Positions 1-9,012 of a stretch of 64,000 nucleotides of DNA are shown piece by piece. The stretch lies in the NCBI GenBank assembly GCA_964428615.1, contig CAYRXZ010000002.1, forward strand, positions 968 to 64,967, in the 5' to 3' direction. The number at the start of each line of letters is the position of its first letter. Position 1 is the stretch's first letter. Source of the DNA: an uncultured Candidatus Saccharibacteria bacterium (lineage in GTDB: Bacteria; Patescibacteriota; Minisyncoccia; UBA6257; UBA9933). The position numbers and the translations under genes are program-made. Under the pieces are notes generated by a model. It did no database searches. It was not told the DNA's origin and worked only from the letters and a program-made list of their open reading frames with translations.

Positions 1-54
1 TTTAAAATTATAACATAAGAAAAATAGAGTTTAAGGTATAAAAATAAAGTGCAC

Positions 55-98
55 AAACATTACGCTTATCTCGCTATAGCGAGATAAGCGTAATGTTT
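55..98. repeat. 44-bp perfect palindrome (core CGCTATAGCG), possible terminator or cruciform
   Basis: AAACATTACGCTTATCTCGCTA|TAGCGAGATAAGCGTAATGTTT; abuts the stop codon of the minus-strand gene 98..658. Confidence 0.9.
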
Positions 99-658
99 TA
101 TTTATCATAATTATTTTTTGCAAATAATTCCAACTCTATAGAAATAAAAATAAAAAACGCCGATAAAACTAGCGCAATAAAAATGCCTATTGAAAAATTA
201 AGGGGGTGGAAATTATTATTTATAATAATTCCTGAATTAAAATTTTCCTGAGATATAGATATTGGAGCATTCATCAATTCGGATTCTTTTTCAATAATAT
301 TATCATCACCACCTGGAATAAATTTTCCATTTTCGGCGCGGATATAAACTTTACCATCGGCGGCCGTACCGCTATATTCCGCCTTATCAATCAAATTATC
401 AGTCTTGTCGTAAAGAAAAATCGTTTCGCCGTTATTATTTAAAGAAATTTTTGTAGTTTTATAATCCAGTGTTAAAGTCTCTTTGCTGGCAATTATATTT
501 TTATTTGTGGTAGAAAAAATAAATACTCTACTTGAAGCGTCTTTTATTCGCCAGCCGCTAAGATTAACTGCGATATTGCCATTATTAAACAATTTAATCC
601 ATTCACCATCGGTATCTTTACCAATTGGATTAGGGAGAAACTCATTAATAATTACCAT
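98..658 (-). CDS. lamin tail domain (LTD) protein with C-terminal TM helix
   Basis: IINEFLPNP..D..GEWIKLFN.G...VNLSGWRIKD and LNNNGETIFL motifs typical of LTD; hydrophobic C-terminal segment. Confidence 0.8.
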   Translation of the reverse strand: MVIINEFLPNPIGKDTDGEWIKLFNNGNIAVNLSGWRIKDASSRVFIFSTTNKNIIASKETLTLDYKTTKISLNNNGETIFLYDKTDNLIDKAEYSGTAADGKVYIRAENGKFIPGGDDNIIEKESELMNAPISISQENFNSGIIINNNFHPLNFSIGIFIALVLSAFFIFISIELELFAKNNYDK

Positions 659-1656
659 AATCCCAAATGCTGATATGCTTCTTGTGTCGCGATTCTGCCT
701 TGTGGAGTTCTTTGAATAAATCCTATTTTCATTAAATATGGTTCATATATTTCTTCTATTGTCCCTTTTTCTTCACCTAAAAACGAGGTTAAAACATTAA
801 TACCAACGGGCCTGTTGTGAAATTTAACTATAATTGCTTTTAAAAAATCGCGCTCACAAGTTTCAAGCCCAAGCTCGTCAACTTCAAAAAATTTAAGGGT
901 TTTATTAATAACTTCAGAATTTATGCTTTCTAGGTTATTCACTTCGGAAAAGTCGCGGGCGCGTTTTAATAACCGGTTTGCTGTTCGAGGAGTGAATCTT
1001 GAAGCTTTTGCCAACGCTAAAATCGCGCCTGAGTCCATATTAAGATTCATAAGATTCGCTGAGCGTTTTATTATTGTTTCTATTTCGCCAGAATTATAAT
1101 AATCAAAATGAAAAATTCCGCCAAATCTTGAACGCAACGGATTTGAAAGCAAGCTTGGCCTGGTAGTAGCGGCAATTAATGTAAAAGCCGGTAAATCTAT
1201 TGAAACAATTTTACTCGCTAATCCCTTCCCGACCATTAAACATAATTTTCTTGCTTCCATTGCTGGATATAAAATTTCTTCTATTGCCCGGGGAATTCTA
1301 TGGGCTTCGTCTATAAATAAAACATCACCATTTTCCAGATTTGAAAGCACCGCCGCCAAATCACCAAGTTTTTGGAGAGCTGTACCAGTAGCAGTTTTTA
1401 AATTAGCTCCTATTTCTTTAGCTGCTAAATTCGCTAATGTTGTCTTGCCAAGCCCTGCCGGGCCGTAAAACAGTAAATGGTCTGCCGATTCTTTCCTTTT
1501 TTTTGCCGCAGCTAAAATAAGGGCAAGGGCTTTCTTTATTTTCTCTTGTCCTATATAATCATTCCACGACACCGGTCTTAGTGCGGAATCTATAAATTCC
1601 TCATCGTTTTGTTTCTTCTTATTAATTTTAGTTTTAGATAAATTAATTTTAGACAT
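652..1656 (-). CDS. ruvB: Holliday junction branch migration helicase RuvB
   Basis: LRP..W.DYIGQ, Walker A GPAGLGKTTLA, LFIDEAHR, EEILYPAME, RTPQGR. Confidence 0.97.
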   Translation of the reverse strand: MSKINLSKTKINKKKQNDEEFIDSALRPVSWNDYIGQEKIKKALALILAAAKKRKESADHLLFYGPAGLGKTTLANLAAKEIGANLKTATGTALQKLGDLAAVLSNLENGDVLFIDEAHRIPRAIEEILYPAMEARKLCLMVGKGLASKIVSIDLPAFTLIAATTRPSLLSNPLRSRFGGIFHFDYYNSGEIETIIKRSANLMNLNMDSGAILALAKASRFTPRTANRLLKRARDFSEVNNLESINSEVINKTLKFFEVDELGLETCERDFLKAIIVKFHNRPVGINVLTSFLGEEKGTIEEIYEPYLMKIGFIQRTPQGRIATQEAYQHLGLW

Positions 1657-1702
1657 ATTATTTGGTGTCCTATCCCCACACCGAACACTTAGTTAAGTGG
1701 GG

Positions 1703-1731
1703 TTGACTTTTACAATAAAGTGTGCTATATT
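1703..1731 (+). promoter_or_regulatory. sigma70-type promoter
   Basis: TTGACT(1703)-17 nt-TATATT(1726) with extended -10 TG; no downstream + strand ORF. Confidence 0.65.
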
Positions 1732-1748
1732 GATTTTAATTAAATATT

Positions 1749-1900
1749 AGACCGTCTAATCCTGTGGGCTCTAGAGAATTTTTTTTAGATCACGGAATAT
1801 CTGGCTCCGGCTGGAGATCTCCTCGGAAAAATTCTTAATCTCTTTTTTATAAAAGAGTTTCAATTCTCGTCCGAGAATCGCCCACAGAATTAGGCGGTTT
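1749..1900 (+). ncRNA. candidate structured ncRNA of unknown family
   Basis: 21-bp closing stem 1749-1769/1880-1900, inner stem and three hairpins; G-U pairs favour the + strand; promoter directly upstream. Confidence 0.55.
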
Positions 1901-3582
1901 TATAATTCAATTAACCCAGTTGTATTTTCTACCTCCTCAAAGGTGGTTATCCCGGAAATTACTTTTAAAATTCCGTCCTCCTGCATTAATACTATTCCTT
2001 TTTTTTCAGCTAGTTCTTTAATACCAATTTCTGTTGGGTTTTTGCCTATTAATAATTCCATATCGCCATCAACCAAAAGAAGTTCAAATACTCCCACTCT
2101 ACCTTTATATCCTAAATTATTACACTTATTACATCCTTTTTGTTCAAAAATTTTAATGTTTGATTTATAAAAATCTTTATCTATTCTATCTGGCAATTTT
2201 TCAATGAAATTTTTTATCTTGCCCTCTAATTCAACGTCTATTTTCTTTTCGACCTTACAATTTTCGCAAAGCTTTCTTACTAAACGCTGAGCAATTATCA
2301 TATTAACCGCCGGCGCAAGCACGGAAGTTTTAACCCCTAAATCCAACATTCTCGGAATCGCGCCCGATGCGTCATTTGTATGAAGAGTTGAAAATACCAA
2401 GTGGCCGGTTAATGAAGCATGAATTGCTATTTCGGCAGTTTCTAAATCCCTAATTTCACCAATTAAAATCATATCCGGGTCCTGCCTTAATAAAGAACGT
2501 AAACCACTTGAAAAGTTATACCCGGCCTCAGGGTCAACTTGTGTCTGCTCTATGCCCTCAAGATGATATTCTATTGGGTCTTCAATGGTGATTGTTTTTG
2601 ACTCTGATTTTTGAGTGTGTTGTAAAAAAGCGTAAAGAGTTGTTGTTTTTCCGGAACCGGTAGGACCGGTATTCAAAATCATTCCATTGGGCTTTGAAAG
2701 TTCTCTTTCAACTATTTCCAAATCATCTTTTCTAAACCCCAATTGGGGCAGTTCCACATGAATTGCATCTGGATTTAAAATTCTTAAAACCACAGTCTCT
2801 CCAAACTCTGAAGGATTGATTGATGTTCTTATTTCTATTTCTTTATCGGATAAAGAAATAGTAAAGCGGCCATCTTGAGCTTGATTGTCTACATTAATTT
2901 TAAGACCAGAAAGAAGTTTTATACGAGAAACAATACTAATATGAATTTTTGACTTTAATCCATTAAAAATATCATATAATAAGCCGTCTATTCTTAAACG
3001 AATTTTTGCTGAATCTTCTGATGGTTCAAAGTGAATATCTGACGCCCTCATAGAAAGAGCTCCAGCTAAAATAGCTTCCAAAATTTCACCAGTGTACCTA
3101 ATATCTTCATTCATCTTTCCTATTGAGTTATTTATACTCTGCAAGGAAACAAGTTCTTTTTTGAGCGCTACTAGTTTTTCTTCTTTAATTTTAATCCTAC
3201 CAGTAATGTTTTCCCCTTTTTGAGAGATAAATCTATAAAAATTCCAGATGTTATTCAACCCACTCAATGAAGTTGTGAAAACAGAAACAAAGTACCCTTG
3301 GGATTTTAACTTTTCGATAATTTTTTTTACTTCAAAGTCTTCTGAAGAAAAAACCGCCAAGGCAATTTTTTTTTCTTTAAATTCAACCGCTGCGAGTTTG
3401 GCGTTTTTTGCTTCTTCTTCGGGTATTAAAGAAAGCGCTTCTATATTTATTGATGTGGCTGATAGGTCAACATAAGGAAAGCCTGTTTTTTCCGCCCGAC
3501 GCTTAGCATCTCTTTCTTCGGCCTCACGTCTCATATTCGCCAATTTATCTTTTATTTTTAAAAAAGAGTTTTTGGGATTCAT
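1900..3582 (-). CDS. type IV pilus assembly ATPase, PilB/GspE family
   Basis: ASDIHFEP, RIDG, GPTGSGKTTTLY, TIEDPIEY, LRQDPD.ILIGEIRD, STLHTND, CxxC zinc motifs; ATG at 3582 preferred over GTG at 3630. Confidence 0.92.
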   Translation of the reverse strand: MNPKNSFLKIKDKLANMRREAEERDAKRRAEKTGFPYVDLSATSINIEALSLIPEEEAKNAKLAAVEFKEKKIALAVFSSEDFEVKKIIEKLKSQGYFVSVFTTSLSGLNNIWNFYRFISQKGENITGRIKIKEEKLVALKKELVSLQSINNSIGKMNEDIRYTGEILEAILAGALSMRASDIHFEPSEDSAKIRLRIDGLLYDIFNGLKSKIHISIVSRIKLLSGLKINVDNQAQDGRFTISLSDKEIEIRTSINPSEFGETVVLRILNPDAIHVELPQLGFRKDDLEIVERELSKPNGMILNTGPTGSGKTTTLYAFLQHTQKSESKTITIEDPIEYHLEGIEQTQVDPEAGYNFSSGLRSLLRQDPDMILIGEIRDLETAEIAIHASLTGHLVFSTLHTNDASGAIPRMLDLGVKTSVLAPAVNMIIAQRLVRKLCENCKVEKKIDVELEGKIKNFIEKLPDRIDKDFYKSNIKIFEQKGCNKCNNLGYKGRVGVFELLLVDGDMELLIGKNPTEIGIKELAEKKGIVLMQEDGILKVISGITTFEEVENTTGLIEL

Positions 3583-3634
3583 TTGTATAAATAATAAGGG
3601 CAAAATAATAAATAGTAAAGCTGAAACCACTAAG

Positions 3635-3662
3635 TTGACAAATTAAAAAAAGGTGGTATACT
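3635..3662 (+). promoter_or_regulatory. sigma70 promoter of the lipoprotein gene
   Basis: TTGACA-16 nt-TATACT with extended -10 TG. Confidence 0.65.
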
Positions 3663-3751
3663 GCATTGTAGCGACATTGAAATAACTAAATATCAAAAAG
3701 GAGGTTTAAGTATGGAAACAAAAAATAAAAAATCCGAGGAGGGGAAAGATT

Positions 3752-4279
3752 ATGCGAGTTATCATAATAATTGCAAGATTTTTACTGGTAGTGGTTGTGG
3801 CGACAACGATGTTGTCGGGTTGCGCTGTAATGACCACGAAAGCGAAACCCCCAATCATCATCACGGGACCAATGGGGATACAAACAGACAGAGACAGCTA
3901 CAGGCTGATTCGAATTAAGAACGCCAGTCAGGCGTACTGGCGATTCTGGCTCGGGGCAAACAGACAAGAATTTATCCTGTTTCCGGGTAGAGTCTTGTTT
4001 GTAAAAATGCCCAATAACTTCTGGGGAAAATGCCAGGGGTTTTGGTCCCACGCATACATGGAAGTCAACAACAACGGCACGGTTGATATTTCAACCTTCG
4101 CAGGAGAACAATGGTCCCAGGTTTGTATAACCGGGAATAAGTGGATATGTGAAACTGGGGAAGTCATCGGTGGAGACATCGTCTTTGGTGGAATACCTCA
4201 GTCTAATTATCATTATCCCACTCATTTTAGTGTTTCAGTTCCATTTGTACCTGTGGGTTTGCACCTACAAACGCGTTAA
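3752..4279 (+). CDS. hypothetical lipoprotein
   Basis: signal peptide with lipobox LSG-C; SD GAGGAGG upstream; own promoter and terminator. Confidence 0.7.
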   Translation: MRVIIIIARFLLVVVVATTMLSGCAVMTTKAKPPIIITGPMGIQTDRDSYRLIRIKNASQAYWRFWLGANRQEFILFPGRVLFVKMPNNFWGKCQGFWSHAYMEVNNNGTVDISTFAGEQWSQVCITGNKWICETGEVIGGDIVFGGIPQSNYHYPTHFSVSVPFVPVGLHLQTR

Positions 4280-4295
4280 CCTCCCAATTCTTAGT

Positions 4296-4348
4296 CCCCG
4301 CGACTCGCAATGGCATTCCAAACCAAAGCGAATCGTGGGGCATTTTTT
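4296..4348 (+). terminator. intrinsic terminator
   Basis: CCCCGCGACTCGC...GCGAATCGTGGGG followed by T tract. Confidence 0.7.
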
Positions 4349-4404
4349 ATTGATTTTTTTATAAACTTCTTGATTATAAATTAATAAATTTATAAAATAG
4401 TGGT

Positions 4405-4941
4405 ATGTCAGGACACTCTCATTGGGCGGGGATAAAACATAAAAAAGGCGCGGCAGACCAAAAACGCGGTTTGGTTTTTTCAAAACTTTTAAACGCAATT
4501 TCTATCGCCACTAAAACCGAATCTAATCCTCAGTTCAACCCGCGACTAAGAACAGCTATTGAAAAAGCCCAACAAAAAAATGTCCCAAAAGATAATATTG
4601 AACGGGCGGTTAAGCGCGCATCTGAACAAAAAGATTTAGAGGAACTTATCATTGAAGCTTATGGACCAGAAGGCTCAGCTATTTTAATAGAGGCTATAAC
4701 CGATAGTCGCAATCGGACAATTTCAGAGGTTAAAAAGATTTTGAGCGATAATAATGCGAAATTCGGCGAACAAGGAAGTGTGCGTTGGGCTTTTGAAAAT
4801 ATAAATGGTGACGATGGAATTATTTGGCAAATAAAATTTAAACAAGAAATATCTAAAGACGCCAAACAAAAACTTCAAGGATTAATCAAAAAACTTGAAG
4901 AGCGCGACGACATACAAAATATTTATACAAATATAAATTAA
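4405..4941 (+). CDS. yebC: YebC/PmpR family protein
   Basis: MSGHSHWAGIKHKKG..D.KRG, NPRLR, YGP.G, TDSRNRT; upstream of ruvC. Confidence 0.95.
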   Translation: MSGHSHWAGIKHKKGAADQKRGLVFSKLLNAISIATKTESNPQFNPRLRTAIEKAQQKNVPKDNIERAVKRASEQKDLEELIIEAYGPEGSAILIEAITDSRNRTISEVKKILSDNNAKFGEQGSVRWAFENINGDDGIIWQIKFKQEISKDAKQKLQGLIKKLEERDDIQNIYTNIN

Positions 4942-4950
4942 AATAATTTT

Positions 4951-5406
4951 ATGATTATTCTTGGTATTGACCCTGGCAGCACAAGGATCGGCTATGGACT
5001 CATAGAAAAATCCGGCGGCAAATTAAAATTTATAAAAGCCGGTTTGTTAAAAATAAAAGCTAAAGATAAATGTGAACGATTGGTTGATTTAGAAAAATCT
5101 TTTTCTGTATTAATTAAAAAAGAAAAACCCGATCAAGTTGTGATGGAAAAACTTTATTTTGTAAAAAATCAAAAAACTGGTCTTGAGGTAGCACAATCTA
5201 GAGGTGTTTTAACTCTTTTAATAACTAAAAATAAAATACCACTTCTTGAATTAACACCACTTGAAATAAAACAGGGTGTGACGGGGTATGGAATGGCAGA
5301 TAAAAAATCTGTTGCTAAGATGGTTGCAAAAATTTTAAAAATAGATAAAATCAACGATTATGATGACGCCACTGACGCATTAGCAGCGGCTATCACTGGA
5401 AGTTAG
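4951..5406 (+). CDS. ruvC: Holliday junction resolvase RuvC
   Basis: ILGIDPG, VAQSRGV, GYG.ADK, DDATDALA. Confidence 0.96.
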   Translation: MIILGIDPGSTRIGYGLIEKSGGKLKFIKAGLLKIKAKDKCERLVDLEKSFSVLIKKEKPDQVVMEKLYFVKNQKTGLEVAQSRGVLTLLITKNKIPLLELTPLEIKQGVTGYGMADKKSVAKMVAKILKIDKINDYDDATDALAAAITGS

Positions 5407-5476
5407 ATAAAAAATAAATAATATAATTTTTACACATAACCAAAAAGGTCGTTTGATTATAAAACAATATTTGATC

Positions 5477-5614
5477 ATGGCTATGGATTACGACGAAGAT
5501 TCAAAAACTCCAAAAGAAGATAACGAAGATCTTGACGGTTTCTCTATTGAAGGGGACGATAAAGAAGAGGATGAAAAAGAAGATTTTGAAGACGAAGAAA
5601 AATATCTTGAATGA
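5477..5614 (+). CDS. 45-aa highly acidic small protein (not in ORF track)
   Basis: MAMDYDEDSKTPKEDNEDLDGFSIEGDDKEEDEKEDFEDEEKYLE; stop overlaps next start (ATGA); AAAGGTCG motif upstream. Confidence 0.7.
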   Translation: MAMDYDEDSKTPKEDNEDLDGFSIEGDDKEEDEKEDFEDEEKYLE

Positions 5615-7713
5615 AAAATAGAAAACGCTTTATATTAAAACTCACAGGCTTATTTATATTGGCCTGTTTGTTATTGGGAGTATGGGGATTAATTAGTATC
5701 GCGAAAATGGCACAAGAACTGCCGAACCCGGGAGAATTTATAGATGGGCAAATTACTCAATCAACTAAAATTTATGATCGTACAGGTGAGGTCTTACTTT
5801 ATGAAATTCATGGAGATGAAAAAAGAACTGTTATTCTTTTTGAAGAAATCCCCGATTATGCCAAAAAGGCAACACTAGCCATAGAAGACCAGAGTTTTTA
5901 TGAACATGCAGCAATGGATATAAAGGGTACTATTAGGGCATTAATCGCCGATATAACATCGGGCGATATGTCCCAAGGGGGGTCAACTATTACACAACAA
6001 CTTGCAAGAAATACATTCTTAACGCCGGAAAAAACAATAAAAAGAAAAATAAAAGAACTTATTTTAGCGAATTGGATAGAAGAAAAATATACTAAAGATA
6101 AAATTTTAGAATTATATCTCAATCAAATTCCCTATGGTACAAACGCTTATGGAATAGAGTCTGCTAGTCAAACATATTTCAATAAACCAGCCAAAAATCT
6201 TTCATTGGCTGAATCAGCGACATTAGCAGCAATGATTCAAGCGCCATCTTATTATTCTCCATGGGGAACTCATGTTGATGAATTAATATCTAGAAAGAAT
6301 TATGTTTTAGACCAAATGTATAATTTGGGTTTTATAGACACACAAGAAAAAGATAGCGCCAAGAAGGTCGAGCTTGTTTTCACTAGTCAAAATATTGGGA
6401 AAATTAAAGCTCCACATTTTGTAATGATGATAAAAGATTATTTAAGCCAGAAATATGGCGAAGACATAGTTGAAAAGGGTGGGTTGAAAGTTATTACTAC
6501 TCTTGATTGGGGCCTTCAACAACTTGCTGAAAAAATAATTGAAACTGGTGCGCAAAGAAACACTGAATTATATCAAGGTAAAAACGCAGCCATGGTAGCG
6601 CAAGACCCTAAAACTGGCCAGATTTTAGTATTAGTAGGATCAAAAGATTATTTTGACAACTCTATTGATGGAAAATTCAATGTTGCAGTTCAAGGGTTAA
6701 GACAACCAGGGTCGTCTTTTAAACCATTTGCATATATTACTGCTTTTGAAAAGGGTTATTCTCCAAACGCTGTAATTTTTGACCTACCAACAGAGTTTTC
6801 TTCATATACTGATATATGTCCGTTAATAAATATAAACTATGACAACAAAAATTCACTTTGTTTTCACCCACAAAACTTTGACGGCGATTTCCGTGGACCG
6901 ATTAATTTAAGAAATAGCCTAGCTCAGTCAGTGAATATATCCTCTGTTAAGGTTCTTTATCTTGCTGGCTTGGTAGATACAATACAAACAGCTCAAAAAT
7001 TTGGATTAAGCACAATAAATGATCCGGCACGTTATGGACTTTCACTTGTTTTGGGTGGCGGCGAAATTAAATTAATTGATATGGTTGGAGCTTATTCTAT
7101 TTTCTCACAAGAGGGAATAAAACATAACCAAGTCATGATATTAGAGGTAAATAATTCAAATGGAGAAATTTTAGAAAAATATATTGATCAAGCGATTAGG
7201 GTAATTGACCAACAATATCCAAAACTTATAAATAATATTCTTTCTGATAATGAAGCTCGGTCTGGATTGTTCCAAGGAAGCTTAGGTTTAACTGTTTTTC
7301 CAGGTAGAGATGTCGCGCTTAAAACAGGAACTACTAATGATTATAAAGATGCGTGGACTATGGGCTACACCCCATCCTTAGTTGTTGGTGTTTGGGCGGG
7401 AAATAGTGATAATACCCCAATGCAAAAACATGCTGGTAGTATTTTAGCAGCTGTCCCAATTTGGAGTGAATTTATAAATACAGCGCTTTTAAATTATCCA
7501 ATGGAATTTTTTAATAAACCCGACGAAATTATTGAGAATAATAAACCAATGATGAATGGAAAATATATTATCAATAATCAAATTCATAATATTTTATATT
7601 ATGTAGATAAAAATAATCCGACCGGACCACAACCTATAAACCCAGAATTAGATTCTCAATATTGGAATTGGGAATTACCAATAAGAAACTGGTGGCAAAA
7701 CCTACCCGGCTAA
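5611..7713 (+). CDS. class A penicillin-binding protein (PBP1A family)
   Basis: N-terminal TM, transglycosylase ED..FY.H and GGSTITQQL, transpeptidase SSFK, SVN, KTGT. Confidence 0.95.
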   Translation: MKNRKRFILKLTGLFILACLLLGVWGLISIAKMAQELPNPGEFIDGQITQSTKIYDRTGEVLLYEIHGDEKRTVILFEEIPDYAKKATLAIEDQSFYEHAAMDIKGTIRALIADITSGDMSQGGSTITQQLARNTFLTPEKTIKRKIKELILANWIEEKYTKDKILELYLNQIPYGTNAYGIESASQTYFNKPAKNLSLAESATLAAMIQAPSYYSPWGTHVDELISRKNYVLDQMYNLGFIDTQEKDSAKKVELVFTSQNIGKIKAPHFVMMIKDYLSQKYGEDIVEKGGLKVITTLDWGLQQLAEKIIETGAQRNTELYQGKNAAMVAQDPKTGQILVLVGSKDYFDNSIDGKFNVAVQGLRQPGSSFKPFAYITAFEKGYSPNAVIFDLPTEFSSYTDICPLININYDNKNSLCFHPQNFDGDFRGPINLRNSLAQSVNISSVKVLYLAGLVDTIQTAQKFGLSTINDPARYGLSLVLGGGEIKLIDMVGAYSIFSQEGIKHNQVMILEVNNSNGEILEKYIDQAIRVIDQQYPKLINNILSDNEARSGLFQGSLGLTVFPGRDVALKTGTTNDYKDAWTMGYTPSLVVGVWAGNSDNTPMQKHAGSILAAVPIWSEFINTALLNYPMEFFNKPDEIIENNKPMMNGKYIINNQIHNILYYVDKNNPTGPQPINPELDSQYWNWELPIRNWWQNLPG

Positions 7714-7714
7714 A

Positions 7715-8833
7715 TTAATTAGCATTTATAGGCATTAAAATATAAAAACAAGATATATCTGTTGGTGATTTTATTAAAACTGGTTTATTTCCACCATTAA
7801 ATCCAAAAAATATATTATCTGAATTAATAGATTTAATTCCATCTATAATAAATCTCCAATTAAAAATTATTTCAACGCCCGCGCCCTTTATTTTCGCCGG
7901 TATTAAATAATTATTCTCTCCAAGTGATTGATTTGAAGAAAAAACTTTAATATTTTTTGAATTATCTTTTATAGAAATTTTTATCTCATTTAATTTATCC
8001 GTAAAAGAGCTTACTAATTTTAACGCTGAAATTAATTGCTCTTTTTCAAATATAGTTTCAGTTTCAAAAGATTGAGGAATAATTATTTGATAATCAGGAA
8101 ATTCACCACTAATTAAACGTGAAATAATTTCACAATTTTCATTTTTAAATAAAACCTGATTAGAATCAAAATAAATTTTTATTTCCCCATCTTCATTTTT
8201 AAAATTTCTTATTATTTCGTGTATTGTTTTTAAGGGAATTATAATTTTAAAATTATCTTCTATTTCTGTTTTAAATTGGGTATTTATTATTGTTTTTTCA
8301 GCAAGTCTAAAACTATCAGTAACAACAATTTTAAAATAATTATTTTGGAAATCAAAAAGTGCACCACTTAGTTCTGGTTTTATTTCTGAAATTTGACCAG
8401 CTCCAACGACAGACATAAAAGCGTTTTTAATTAAAGATGATGATATTTTAATAAATAAATCATTTTTTATTTGAGGAATTATTGGAAAATCATCTTTTTT
8501 TCCAATATGAATCTTGGCTTGATAATTATCTGTTTTTATAAATAAATAACCACCTTCAGTTTCAAGATTTATTCTTTCACTTTGAATATTATTTATAATT
8601 AAATTAAAAATATTAAATGGAATAGTAAAAATTCCACCTTCAACAACCTTACACGGAATAAATGCCGTAACTGCTATTTCAAGATTTGTGGCTAATAATT
8701 TTATTTTATTATCAATTGTTTCTAATAAAAAATTTTTTAAAACTGGTAAAGCGGCGGAATTATTATCCATTCCAACTTTTCCAATTATATCCAATCCTGT
8801 TTTAAGATTATTTTTTAAAATTATTATTTTCAT
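7715..8833 (-). CDS. dnaN: DNA polymerase III beta clamp
   Basis: ATNLE, TDSFRLA, SRLISGEFPDY, YILMP; downstream of dnaA. Confidence 0.96.
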   Translation of the reverse strand: MKIIILKNNLKTGLDIIGKVGMDNNSAALPVLKNFLLETIDNKIKLLATNLEIAVTAFIPCKVVEGGIFTIPFNIFNLIINNIQSERINLETEGGYLFIKTDNYQAKIHIGKKDDFPIIPQIKNDLFIKISSSLIKNAFMSVVGAGQISEIKPELSGALFDFQNNYFKIVVTDSFRLAEKTIINTQFKTEIEDNFKIIIPLKTIHEIIRNFKNEDGEIKIYFDSNQVLFKNENCEIISRLISGEFPDYQIIIPQSFETETIFEKEQLISALKLVSSFTDKLNEIKISIKDNSKNIKVFSSNQSLGENNYLIPAKIKGAGVEIIFNWRFIIDGIKSINSDNIFFGFNGGNKPVLIKSPTDISCFYILMPINAN

Positions 8834-9012
8834 ATATTTTTATAATAACTCCTATTATAATATATTAATAAATAATAGTAGTAGTTAGTGTGGTTAATTA
8901 TGTTAATTAGTTTTTAATATAATGTATTTATTGATTAAATTTTAAGTTTATTTTTTTATAACAACTTAATTAAAACTTAATTAATAGTGGAAAACTAAAA
9001 ATAATATTTTTA
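8834..9012. other. probable oriC unwinding region
   Basis: AT-rich dnaA-dnaN spacer; TAA TAG TAG TAG trios (8873-8884) next to DnaA-box-like TGTGGTTAA (8889-8897); AGTGGAAAA at 8986. Confidence 0.75.

Noticed and set aside
1662-1702. Small inverted repeats upstream of ruvB (CACTTAGTTAAGTG; CCCCAC...GTGGGG) as an SOS-type operator
   Set aside because: No matching motif seen upstream of recA, yebC-ruvC or recO
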